Of a stretch of 64,000 nt of DNA, positions 40,541 through 50,097 are shown piece by piece. The notes under the pieces were generated by a model, which saw nothing but the letters and a program-made list of their open reading frames with translations, was not told the origin of the DNA and made no database searches. A program made the position numbers and the translations under genes. Origin of the DNA: Candidatus Bathyarchaeota archaeon (lineage in GTDB: Archaea > Thermoproteota > Bathyarchaeia > 40CM-2-53-6); NCBI GenBank assembly GCA_963706285.1, contig CAVPLU010000004.1, forward strand, positions 256,001-320,000. The letters are read 5' to 3'. How positions within the stretch are numbered: the stretch's first letter is position 1; every line of letters starts with the position of its first letter.

Positions 40541-41719
40541 GTGATGCAAATGGATCCCGCAGAGCGCGTAGATCGCACTTACATTGTAGATTTGCTGAAG
40601 GAGTTGGTGGCAACCAACAGTGTGAATCCATCTGTTGGCAGGGGCCCCGGCGAGTCCGCCATTGCCAGCCTCCTCTCTGATCGACTTGACTCCATTGGCG
40701 GTCTAGAGGTTCGAACACAGCCTGTTGCCGACGAGAGAAGCAATGTTATCGCGACTATGAAGGGTTCAGGCGGCGGACGAAGTCTGATGCTGAACGGCCA
40801 TATGGACACCGTCGGCATTGACGGGATGATCATTCAACCATTCACGCCATCGATTCAGGAAGGCCTGCTACGTGGGAGAGGTGCGTGTGATATGAAAGGC
40901 GCACTTGCAGCCATGATCGGTGCGCTGAAATCCATAATGGATTCTGGAATGAGACTACGTGGAGATGTTGTCTTCAGCGCTGTGGTTGATGAAGAGTACA
41001 AGAGTGCCGGGACCAGGAAACTCATCCAAGAGTACAGGACCGACGCGGCTATTGTCGGTGAACCCACGGCTATGAAAGTGGCGACAGCTCACAAAGGGTT
41101 CGCTTGGATCGAGATCGAAGTCAAAGGGAAAGCGGCCCATGGATCAGTCCCTGAAAAAGGAGTAGACGCCATCGCCCACGCCACAAAGATCGTATCAGAG
41201 ATGGACAAACTGCAACAGAAACTCAATGGCAAAGTGCACCCGCTTCTGGGAAGCCCCAAAATTCACACTTCAACAATACAAGGCGGCACTGACTGGAGCA
41301 TAATCCCCGAACGCTGCACTCTTAGACTTGAGAGACGAACGCTCCCAGGAGAGACGATAACCTCCGTAATGGGAGAGATCGAAGACATCTTCAAGATCAT
41401 CAAACAAGAGAATTCTCAATTTAACGCCACGGCCAGAAGCCCATACGACATGCCCCCTCTTGAAACGCCCGAGACGGCACAGATCGTGCAGCTAACACAG
41501 CAAGCTCTTGCCGAAAAGACGGGGACGAGAGGACCTGTGATCGGGGTCCCGTATTGGACCGATGCCGCACTCCTGTCCACGCTGGGCTCAATACCCACCT
41601 GTCTATTCGGGCCCGGAGACATTGGCGTGGCACACTCAGCTGACGAGTACATCAGCCTTGAAGATGTATTGAACTCAGCTCGAGTCTACAGCGCCGTCAT
41701 CCAGAGGTACTGTTCCTAG
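40541..41719 (+). CDS. ArgE/DapE family M20 deacylase
   Basis: NGHMDTV, GRGACDMKG, DEE, GEPT, AHSADE. Confidence 0.92.
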   Translation: MMQMDPAERVDRTYIVDLLKELVATNSVNPSVGRGPGESAIASLLSDRLDSIGGLEVRTQPVADERSNVIATMKGSGGGRSLMLNGHMDTVGIDGMIIQPFTPSIQEGLLRGRGACDMKGALAAMIGALKSIMDSGMRLRGDVVFSAVVDEEYKSAGTRKLIQEYRTDAAIVGEPTAMKVATAHKGFAWIEIEVKGKAAHGSVPEKGVDAIAHATKIVSEMDKLQQKLNGKVHPLLGSPKIHTSTIQGGTDWSIIPERCTLRLERRTLPGETITSVMGEIEDIFKIIKQENSQFNATARSPYDMPPLETPETAQIVQLTQQALAEKTGTRGPVIGVPYWTDAALLSTLGSIPTCLFGPGDIGVAHSADEYISLEDVLNSARVYSAVIQRYCS

Positions 41720-41796
41720 TTTTTCGGCAATTTGAAGGGTATTGTAAGCCATACATGGCAATGCGGTAGCGGTCAACTGAACTTCAACCACGTCTT

Positions 41797-42180
41797 ATGA
41801 TTACTTCTTTGATCGCAAAGACAGACGCCGATTACTTGCTATTTGTCAGGCACCAGTCTGAAACTCTCATTTCTACTGCCATAGACACAATGAAGCGATG
41901 GGCCATGATGAAAAGGGATGATCACTCGCACAGGGCAACACGTCATAGGAGCACACGTCAAGGTTTTGAGAAGACTCTTCACAACCCATGCCCAAGCTGC
42001 GGAAGTCCCGAGTTAGCCGTCTATTTTGAGTCAGGCAGCCCACGGAAGGTAGGAGCACTATGCTACTCCTGCGGTACTGTGGGTTTCTTCGCTCGAAAGA
42101 ACTTCTTTCAGCTAGGTAGGATATCTCTAAGGAACGAGCCACGACTTGCTCAACGACGCCGTAGGCGCACAAGTCACTAG
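41797..42180 (+). CDS. Small zinc-ribbon protein (start probably later, ~41889-41905)
   Basis: CPSCG..CYSCG. Confidence 0.45.
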   Translation: MITSLIAKTDADYLLFVRHQSETLISTAIDTMKRWAMMKRDDHSHRATRHRSTRQGFEKTLHNPCPSCGSPELAVYFESGSPRKVGALCYSCGTVGFFARKNFFQLGRISLRNEPRLAQRRRRRTSH

Positions 42181-42380
42181 TCGATGCGTCTCGCTACTGA
42201 GGCCGGGTTGGAAATGCGGTTCAGGAAGCAGCGGTCGATCCGGCTACGTAGTTTTGTTCTTAGAATCCCAACGCGAGTGATAGGCTGGTTGGAAGAAGAA
42301 TGGCGGCCGGTTTCTGGCGTAGGTTCCGGTACACTTCTAAGGTGAGTCAATCTAGCTGAGCACTCGTTCGAAGGATCTGA

Positions 42381-42818
42381 TTGGTGATGTCGGCTAACGA
42401 TCGGCTCATAGCAAAGATCCTAGGAGCACGGATAATTGCTGTGGTCGGTTTGTCTAAAGACCCTGCGAAACCGAGCCATGGTGTCGCAAGCTATTTGCAG
42501 TCTCATGGCTACCGAATCGTACCCATCAATCCAACAATTGACGAAGCTCTGGGTGAAAAAGCATACAAGTCCTTACTTGATCTTCCTGAAGAACTCAAAC
42601 GTCAGATCGATGTCGTGGACATCTTCCGGCGAGCTGAGGATGTTATGCCCATTGTCGAACAAGCCATCGAACTGCACAATAGTTACGGGCATCCCGTTGC
42701 CGTGTGGATGCAATTGGGAATAGTGAATGAAGACGCAGCGAGGAAGGCGAGGGCTGCGGGTCTCGACGTAATTATGGATCACTGCATGAAGATTGAGCAC
42801 GGAAGGTTAGTTCTGTAG
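42381..42818 (+). CDS. CoA-binding protein (YccU-like)
   Basis: IAVVGLS, PINP, DVVDIFR, WMQLGI, DHCMKIEH. Confidence 0.92.
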   Translation: MVMSANDRLIAKILGARIIAVVGLSKDPAKPSHGVASYLQSHGYRIVPINPTIDEALGEKAYKSLLDLPEELKRQIDVVDIFRRAEDVMPIVEQAIELHNSYGHPVAVWMQLGIVNEDAARKARAAGLDVIMDHCMKIEHGRLVL

Positions 42819-43063
42819 AACTAGACTGATGTCTTGAATTCTTGTCCGTGTAGTTCTCATAGTGTGCACAAATCAACAAACTACGGTCCAGAATACGGTA
42901 ACTCTCACGATAGCTCTGGTCCATTAAGTTGGGTAGAGACCATTTGATGGAAGCATGTAACCCGTCCTTCTCGAAGACAGCGCTTGAGGATACTGAAGAG
43001 AGTCGGTGGCAAAGCTCGCTAGAAAACGGACCTGAGGGGATCTCCTAGACCCTTTTTCGCTAT

Positions 43064-43297
43064 CTACTGTTTTGGCTTGAATGGCCAGCATCTTCTGGAG
43101 TGCAGATAGTAGATTTCCAGAACGCCCGCCAGGTTGATGAAGGTGAATATTATGAACCATGCTTTTTCCCCGTTCTTGGCTGAGAACCAGAGACCGATGA
43201 TCTTCCAAAACGACGACCAGATGGCCAGAGGAATCAATATGGCGATCAACGATAGTAGACTCGTCGGAAAGATCTGAAGAGGAGCCGCATACAACAC
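43064..43297 (-). CDS. Small membrane protein (DUF5652-like)
   Basis: WSSFWKIIGLWFSAKN..KAWFI..INLAGVLEIYY. Confidence 0.7.
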   Translation of the reverse strand: MLYAAPLQIFPTSLLSLIAILIPLAIWSSFWKIIGLWFSAKNGEKAWFIIFTFINLAGVLEIYYLHSRRCWPFKPKQ

Positions 43298-43443
43298 TTC
43301 AACGCCCTCACGAAGAGTCTATGATCAATTCTGACTTGTAAGGCGTTCTCTATCGTCCCGTGCGCAGCCACGCATATGGTACCGGCTTCGTTGCGGCTAC
43401 ACTAGGCAACATTCGCAAGTCAACACTTCACTGAACACCTGAG

Positions 43444-43989
43444 CTAGTGAATCCTGACTCCCCGTCCAGGACCCGATTTCTGTGGCACGTCTATTCCGAT
43501 GTTCTCTGCTAGGCGCCGGACTTCGTCTTCGTCGAGCCACATCACCTTCAAGTATTCAAAAATCTCATCGTCAGACATCCCGAGCCGGCGTGCTTCTTTC
43601 ACTGCGTGTCTATATGCATCCAGCTCGGTCGGGCGCTCAAAATACTCGTAGCTTTCGTCGAAAAGCTGTTTTCCTTCCCTGAACTGTTTGACGTGAACTA
43701 GTTCGTGAATTACATCTAGATAGATGCTTCTTCGGTCTCCTTCCTTTAGGTAACTTGCGCTAACTATCAAGTGACCGTCTTCGTCACTTACCCCCATGTA
43801 GCCAATTCGAGCGCTGAAGAATTCCACCTTGAGCTCCGAAAGGACCTTGTCCGTCGTGTTCCCAAAGATCTCCCGAACCGCCGGAACCTTCTCGAATCCT
43901 TTGAAATAATCTAAGAAGTCGTACTTGACGATTGGGACCTCTCCTGGAACTACCACGTTAGGCAACTCGAACGAATCCTTCTTGGGCAT
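43444..43989 (-). CDS. Hypothetical protein with HExxH motif (putative metallopeptidase fold)
   Basis: IHELVHVKQ..ERPTELDAY. Confidence 0.7.
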   Translation of the reverse strand: MPKKDSFELPNVVVPGEVPIVKYDFLDYFKGFEKVPAVREIFGNTTDKVLSELKVEFFSARIGYMGVSDEDGHLIVSASYLKEGDRRSIYLDVIHELVHVKQFREGKQLFDESYEYFERPTELDAYRHAVKEARRLGMSDDEIFEYLKVMWLDEDEVRRLAENIGIDVPQKSGPGRGVRIH

Positions 43990-44579
43990 CTGTTCATTTC
44001 AGCCTCGAATCTTAAGCAGTTGATCGCCATCTCTGATCGACTAGGCCTATAGACTCTTATTGATTTTCCCAGGTTTTCCCTTTCTATTCGATCCGCTAGC
44101 GGAATCCTGCGAAGTTGTTGAGTCTCTGCGATTTGGAGTTCAGATTTACCTCGCGATTCCTATGCCTTTCGGCTCATAGTGGCCGCCTCTAGACTTGAGC
44201 GGTCATGAGGATAAAGTAAGTTTTGGGCTAGCTGAGGTCTCTCGTCAAATGGGTCGTGTGAAAGAGCGTGCGCTTCTTCGTTTACTTGCCCTCTTCATTT
44301 GATAATACCCATCGACGCCTCTGTAGTAGTCTTCCATGATGATAAGGTGTCGTTAGGCAGGATTATTGCTGTGTGACTCACACGCGTCAACGTGAGTTAC
44401 ATAATCGTGCCTTGTGATTCCAGTATGTGACTAGTCTGCATTGTTTGTAGGGATCACTATCGGACAAGCCTTGGAGTCCAGCGCGGAGAAGTCTTAGGGG
44501 TCCTCCCCTCGCATCGTTAAACGAGTCAGTGCGTACATGTACACAGGAGGGTAGTAGCCTTTCTCAATATGCTCATGGC

Positions 44580-44852
44580 TCAAAGCGCGGGATTGATCGC
44601 TTCCATCGTGTCCTTGGATGACACGACCGGGACGATCTCGAAATCAACGAGATCATGCCACTGGATCACCCATTGCTGAAACTTCTTGGTGTCATCACAT
44701 TCCATGAGCTGGAAGCAACGATCGAAGTTTGCTTCGATCCAGCTAGCGACGTACTTCAGGCCATCTGGCATCATCCGTCCATGCTCTCGAGAGCGACGAT
44801 ACACAGCGAGAGCATCTTTGTTCTTGAACTTCTCAATCACCATGAAAAGCAT
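44580..44852 (-). CDS. DUF3303 family protein
   Basis: MLFMVIEKF, GRMMPDGL, RCFQLME, W.DLVDFEIVPV. Confidence 0.8.
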   Translation of the reverse strand: MLFMVIEKFKNKDALAVYRRSREHGRMMPDGLKYVASWIEANFDRCFQLMECDDTKKFQQWVIQWHDLVDFEIVPVVSSKDTMEAINPAL

Positions 44853-45078
44853 AACATTTCCCTTCTGTCGTATTCACTTGTATCTATATTGCGTTTCTTG
44901 TCGGCGCATCTTCCTACTTTCTGTAACCCTCCTAGTTCGTTCAATCATAGTTGACCTATGATGGTGGGTCTGTGTTTGAGCAGAACCGGATCTCTTTCGA
45001 AGTTCGATTCCTGACGACAGCTAGAAATGCTCCGACAAGGACCGCGCCATAGGAGACAAGCGCAAGACGATTGTTCGA

Positions 45079-45750
45079 CTAGACATACAAGCCAACGAAG
45101 ACGATGATCGTTATCACGGTTGAGACGACTGCTCCAGCCAATGCTTGCGAGATCGTGTGAGCGCCCAACTTGACCCTGGCCCAAAACATTACAATCGTAA
45201 ACAGATAGACAACCAACATCCCCCTTCCGAGCACCAACCAAAATGCGGTGGCCATACCTGCAATCGCCGCGACGTGGGCGCTGATCTTCCACGCAAAAGT
45301 GATCAGCATCATTGCGGCCCCGACGCAGAGATATGCCACCGAAAGCACGAACATGATCTCATTGCTAGTCGCCCAAAAGACCGTCGCACCCACTGCATAA
45401 GCGAAGACACTGATGACATAGATGGAACTGCGTTTGTTCTTGTCCGATATGTCTAGATCGGTTCGTCCGGTTCTCACGCTGTAGGCAACCGGAATCAATG
45501 GCCCAATGCACAGAATTAGAATACCAAACAACGCCGAAAGTCCAGGACTCGTAACAGGTCCAACTCCGTTAGGAGAGAACCAGGAGAAGACAATCGATTC
45601 GATCGCGGCAATGCTGAATGGAGTCAGAACCGCAGAATAGACCTCAGCCGCTCGCCTATCAGACTTCATGGTAACGTTTCCTTCGGTCGCTCTCTTGCTG
45701 ATTATGCGCATCCTCTCGATAGTGCGACTGTCTCTCTCCGCGCAGACCAT
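45079..45750 (-). CDS. PAP2-like membrane protein
   Basis: WKISAH, WARVKLGAHTISQ. Confidence 0.75.
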   Translation of the reverse strand: MVCAERDSRTIERMRIISKRATEGNVTMKSDRRAAEVYSAVLTPFSIAAIESIVFSWFSPNGVGPVTSPGLSALFGILILCIGPLIPVAYSVRTGRTDLDISDKNKRSSIYVISVFAYAVGATVFWATSNEIMFVLSVAYLCVGAAMMLITFAWKISAHVAAIAGMATAFWLVLGRGMLVVYLFTIVMFWARVKLGAHTISQALAGAVVSTVITIIVFVGLYV

Positions 45751-45982
45751 AAGGCTCGCACAAGAACGTTGCGACGATCAGGTAATCTCACAGATCTTGT
45801 GGGGGCGACTATTTCATGGCAGATAATCAGGGATCTCAATGATCGTGTGCGAGTCTGTCAGTTGAGGTTACAGCTGTTGCCAGTCTGACTCGACCGATTG
45901 ACCAGTGTTTACCTGAAGAGTTCGTTTGTAGAGGTCTAATCCCCTGAATGGATGCGTCGCAGAGGTATCGTAGCCATGCCGT

Positions 45983-47446
45983 CTAGGAAGCAGTTGTCCG
46001 AGCCTTGATTTCGTGTCCTCGCAGGGTCGAAACAAACATTCCGACTACTGTAATGACTGCTGCAACAAGGAATGCTCGTCCCATGCCGGTCACGAAACCG
46101 ATCGATTCGTTTGGGGTGAGTGTGGTATATCCGCCGCTGATAATACCGGAGACAACTTGGTACGGGATAGCTGTGGTAATTATGTATGCTACGAGACCGA
46201 TGCTTACCACATTTCCCGTATTGAATAGAGTTGCCCTGACAGCTGATGCGACGCCGCGCCGTTGAGCGGGGACGGATCCCATGATGGAGCTCATGTTTGG
46301 CGACACAAAGAGCCCCAGTCCCACCCCGACTACTATGAGAATGATCTCGATCTGGACTAACGGAGTTGTAGTGGTCATTAGAAATGCGAGAGCAACGTAA
46401 CCGATGGTGCCCACTCCCATTCCCAAAGTGGCAAACACGCGTGTGCCGTATCGGTCAGAAAGTCTACCGCTTATGGGACCTGTACCCACGAAGGCCAAGT
46501 CTAACGGGAGGAAGAGAAGCCCAGCTGTGAGCGGGTCATAACCACGAATGAGTTGGAAGTAAAGAATTACTATCAGGCTTAGAGACCCAAAACCAAGCGA
46601 ATACAAGAGTTGAGTAAGGTTTCCGGCTGAGAAAAGGCGTATCTTGAAAAGCCGCATATCGAGGAGCGGCTCAGATTTTCGTGGCTCGTAGTAGAGGAAC
46701 AATGCAAAAGTTACCAAACTGATCGAGTACAGTATTACGGATTCGGTGTTGTCGATTGCCGCCATTGTTGCGAGGCTTATTGCCAGTAGAAGCGATGTCA
46801 GAGAGGTCGTGAATAAGCAGAGCCCCACGTAATCGAGCCCTGCATGCTTCTCCGTCTGGGTAGCCTCACGAAGACGAAGGTGGGCCCATAGGGTGCCAAA
46901 GATTCCAATGGGAAGGTTTATCGCAAAAATATATCGCCACCCGGCAGCGACGATCAGGGTTCCACCTACTGTCAATCCAAGAACTGCACCCAGTACGAAC
47001 GCGATCTGATTGAACCCAAGGGCAAAGCCAAGCTCCGCGAGTGGTGTCGCATCAGTGACCAGTGCAATACTATTAGCAATCAGCATCGCACCTCCAAGTC
47101 CTTGAATAACCCGGAAGATCACAAGCTGCCATCCTGTTTGCGAAAGAACACATAACCCAGAACCCAGTGTGAAGACTGCGAAGCCGAGATTGTAGACCTT
47201 CACCCTGCCAAAAATGTCGCTAAATCGTCCCAGAAACAGCAGACCAATCGTTATCGCAATCTGGTAGCCTTGAGTCACCCATAGCAGTGTCTCAAGGTCT
47301 GCGCGAAGCGATTCCGCGATCGTTGGAAGCCCAATCAGAACTATACGCGTGTCCAGGCCGGCCATGAAAACGCCGACCGTCGTTACTGAAAGGACGACCC
47401 AGCGATACTGCACCGTAAACGACACAAACTGGCCAAACCAGTTCAC
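45983..47446 (-). CDS. MFS transporter, DHA2 (14-TM) family
   Basis: LDTRIV..LP, GRFSDIFGR, FRVIQGLG, WRYIFAINLPIG, PLLDMRLF. Confidence 0.92.
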   Translation of the reverse strand: MNWFGQFVSFTVQYRWVVLSVTTVGVFMAGLDTRIVLIGLPTIAESLRADLETLLWVTQGYQIAITIGLLFLGRFSDIFGRVKVYNLGFAVFTLGSGLCVLSQTGWQLVIFRVIQGLGGAMLIANSIALVTDATPLAELGFALGFNQIAFVLGAVLGLTVGGTLIVAAGWRYIFAINLPIGIFGTLWAHLRLREATQTEKHAGLDYVGLCLFTTSLTSLLLAISLATMAAIDNTESVILYSISLVTFALFLYYEPRKSEPLLDMRLFKIRLFSAGNLTQLLYSLGFGSLSLIVILYFQLIRGYDPLTAGLLFLPLDLAFVGTGPISGRLSDRYGTRVFATLGMGVGTIGYVALAFLMTTTTPLVQIEIILIVVGVGLGLFVSPNMSSIMGSVPAQRRGVASAVRATLFNTGNVVSIGLVAYIITTAIPYQVVSGIISGGYTTLTPNESIGFVTGMGRAFLVAAVITVVGMFVSTLRGHEIKARTTAS

Positions 47447-47527
47447 TGCAACAAATAGTTATCGAAGTTTTTTCTTTCCCTACTACATGAGCTGATGTAT
47501 GATCTACTCTTCAACTGGTTGACGCTT

Positions 47528-48319
47528 TCATTTCAGTCTGGCGAGGTCGGCATGTTGGCGCCAGAAACCGTAACCGGCGCTGACGCATCCGAAGAATAGT
47601 AGGAGATCCATCGGGTGCCCATCATAGTAAAGGCCTGTAACGCTTAGAATGGCGTAGACCAAATCGCCGATGGCTAGAAGCGCGGCCCCAAGCGCCATGA
47701 ATGCGAATGGCTTTTCGAAGATGCCTGCCCTGAATGCAATGAAGAGGGCTAGGGTCAAGAGAACGAATGCCACGTCCAGTGTTGGGTATAGGGCTGTCAC
47801 GAACGCCTCGATCGGACTGTAAAGATCGCTTACAGAGGCGGGGATAAGAAAGACAATGATGAGCATGTACAAGGCGAAGCCTACCGAGGCCACAGTCAAC
47901 CATCCCGCCGTTCTGATCTCTCGGCCGAAGAGTCGAAGCATCCCCATTGCGCCGACAATCCAGGCCGGATACGAAAGGAGGTAGAAAACGTCAGCGATCG
48001 AAATATACGGCAGTCCAGTTCCCGCAACGAAGTACGCGTATGTGTAGATTGACAAGCCCAACGCCCAGGTCAGAAGACCCAGCGCATACCCAAGGGAGAT
48101 GTTGGCCATCTTCGAACGTCCCAACTTCAGATAAGTGCCGATGCCGACCAACGAAGCGGTTCCCATGTATGCTATCAATCCCCAATTAGCAAACAATGCT
48201 AACCCCTCAGTTCCTTGTGCGAATGCGTAGACCGCCACTGATACCATGCAAGCCGCAACAGCCAGGTATTCTCCGCCACGCATCCGGTTCAATTCACTCA
48301 CCTCGGGGTAATTCGGCAC
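47528..48319 (-). CDS. Multi-TM membrane protein resembling the membrane sensor module of signalling proteins
   Basis: PYISIADVFYLLSYP, YPTLDV, GDLVY..Y.GHP.D. Confidence 0.65.
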   Translation of the reverse strand: MPNYPEVSELNRMRGGEYLAVAACMVSVAVYAFAQGTEGLALFANWGLIAYMGTASLVGIGTYLKLGRSKMANISLGYALGLLTWALGLSIYTYAYFVAGTGLPYISIADVFYLLSYPAWIVGAMGMLRLFGREIRTAGWLTVASVGFALYMLIIVFLIPASVSDLYSPIEAFVTALYPTLDVAFVLLTLALFIAFRAGIFEKPFAFMALGAALLAIGDLVYAILSVTGLYYDGHPMDLLLFFGCVSAGYGFWRQHADLARLK

Positions 48320-48774
48320 TTCATCAAGTTCTTACGCTCGTCGTAGGTGACTTGTTCAATCTTGAACTCCTTGCCAAGAAGCTCACTGAATACGCCGCAC
48401 CAGTACGAGAAGAGAAGAGACTTGGCGGCGCCAGTAGTCCGTTTCACGCATGGGTTTAGAATCTCTAGATCGATAGGCCCAGGAAGACTTTCAGGCAATG
48501 TCACGCTTACTGCACCAACGCCTGAAAGGGTCTCCGCATCAGCTGACATATTGACTATTTCCTGGATCGGTGCCCCGGGCATCTTCTCACGCATGTTTAC
48601 CACATCGGCTTTTCCTTGGCGAGACTCGTGCTGATTCATCACGACTTCGGCAACCTTGGGTCCCAATATGAGATCGAGGTTGTTGCAGAGCCCTTGCACA
48701 TCAACGGCTGTGTGACGCTGCCCCATTATGTGCAGTTCGCCTTTCGCCTTGTCCCAAAGAGGCCTCTCGTTCAA
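48298..48774 (-). CDS. V4R-like small ligand-binding protein
   Basis: G.L.IMGQR, SGVG, YWCGVFSELLG, CRI. Confidence 0.55.
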   Translation of the reverse strand: MNERPLWDKAKGELHIMGQRHTAVDVQGLCNNLDLILGPKVAEVVMNQHESRQGKADVVNMREKMPGAPIQEIVNMSADAETLSGVGAVSVTLPESLPGPIDLEILNPCVKRTTGAAKSLLFSYWCGVFSELLGKEFKIEQVTYDERKNLMKCRITPR

Positions 48775-49025
48775 TCGTAGGCCAACTCTCCTGCCACTTG
48801 CTTCAATTCAGCCTTAAGCATGGCGTGATGCATGAGAGCAAACTTGTGAATCTTGTTCGATTCAAGATGCCATATTGAGCTGGAAAAGATCACAGGCAGC
48901 GCACGCGCATCGTCAGATAGGTTCGTCCATCCGTCTAATGTTGAGAATAGAAGAGGTTCTTGGTCCCGGCTTTTCTGTAGCTTAAATTAGCAATCAGCGG
49001 GTAACTGTGGCGAGTTCGATCTAGC

Positions 49026-50075
49026 ATGCGCGTAATCGACCTGAGAAGCGACACGGTAACGCTTCCCACAGAGGAGATGCTTGAAGCGATCAGGACCGCC
49101 GAACTCGGCGACGATGTCTACGGAGAAGACCCAACCGTCAACCGTCTTGAAGAACTTGCGGCCAAAAAGATGGGCAAGGAAGCGGCTCTTTTGGTGACGA
49201 GCGGAACGCAGGCCAACTTGGTCAGTGTGATGAGTCAGACTAAACGAGGAGACGAGATTGTTCTGGAGGCTGAGGCTCACCTGTACTACTATGAGGTCGG
49301 CGCATTTTCGGCACTTGGCGGACTCGTACCACGCCTCGTTGCGGGGCACATGGGCGTCATGACTCCGCAGGAGATCGAGGCTGCGCTTAGACCGCCAAAT
49401 ATTCACTTTCCCCCGACGAGCCTGATCTGTGTCGAGAACACTCACAACCGCGCCGGAGGCACCGTTTGGTCACCATCTCAGATGAGGGCGGTCTATGATT
49501 TCGCGAAGACACGTGGCTTGAATATTCACTTGGACGGCGCGAGGATATTCAACGCCGCCATTGCACAGAATACCGATGTGCGCGAGTTTACGCGCTACGT
49601 GGACTCATTGATGTTCTGCCTCTCCAAAGGCCTGAGCGCTCCGATTGGATCGCTTGTAGTGGGAAGTCGAGAATTTGTCGACCGCGCGAGACGAATCCGC
49701 AAAATGCTCGGCGGAGGCATGAGACAGGCTGGCATAATCGCGGCTGCTGGAATAGTCGCGATTGAGAAGATGGTTGACCGTCTCAAAGACGATCATGAAA
49801 ACGCGAAGCTCCTTGCGAAGGGGCTCTCGAAGATCGACGGAATAACGCTCGACCTTGACCGTGTTCAAACAAACATCGTCTTCTACGATGTCAACAGCCT
49901 GCAAATCGGCGCGAATGAATGGGTCGCCAGAATTGGCGAATTAGGTGTGAAAGCGGGCGCGGTGGACGGCAGACGTGTCAGGATGGTTACCCATAGAGGC
50001 ATCGAAAAAGAAGACATTGAATACTCTCTAGAAGTGGCTGAGAAAGTTGCGAGAGAGATAAGGAAGAAACGATAG
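49026..50075 (+). CDS. ltaE: Low-specificity L-threonine aldolase
   Basis: IDLRSDTVT, GDDVYGEDP, ENTHN, HLDGARIFNA, CLSKGL. Confidence 0.95.
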   Translation: MRVIDLRSDTVTLPTEEMLEAIRTAELGDDVYGEDPTVNRLEELAAKKMGKEAALLVTSGTQANLVSVMSQTKRGDEIVLEAEAHLYYYEVGAFSALGGLVPRLVAGHMGVMTPQEIEAALRPPNIHFPPTSLICVENTHNRAGGTVWSPSQMRAVYDFAKTRGLNIHLDGARIFNAAIAQNTDVREFTRYVDSLMFCLSKGLSAPIGSLVVGSREFVDRARRIRKMLGGGMRQAGIIAAAGIVAIEKMVDRLKDDHENAKLLAKGLSKIDGITLDLDRVQTNIVFYDVNSLQIGANEWVARIGELGVKAGAVDGRRVRMVTHRGIEKEDIEYSLEVAEKVAREIRKKR

Positions 50076-50097
50076 CGAAAGCATTCGGTTAACGTTT

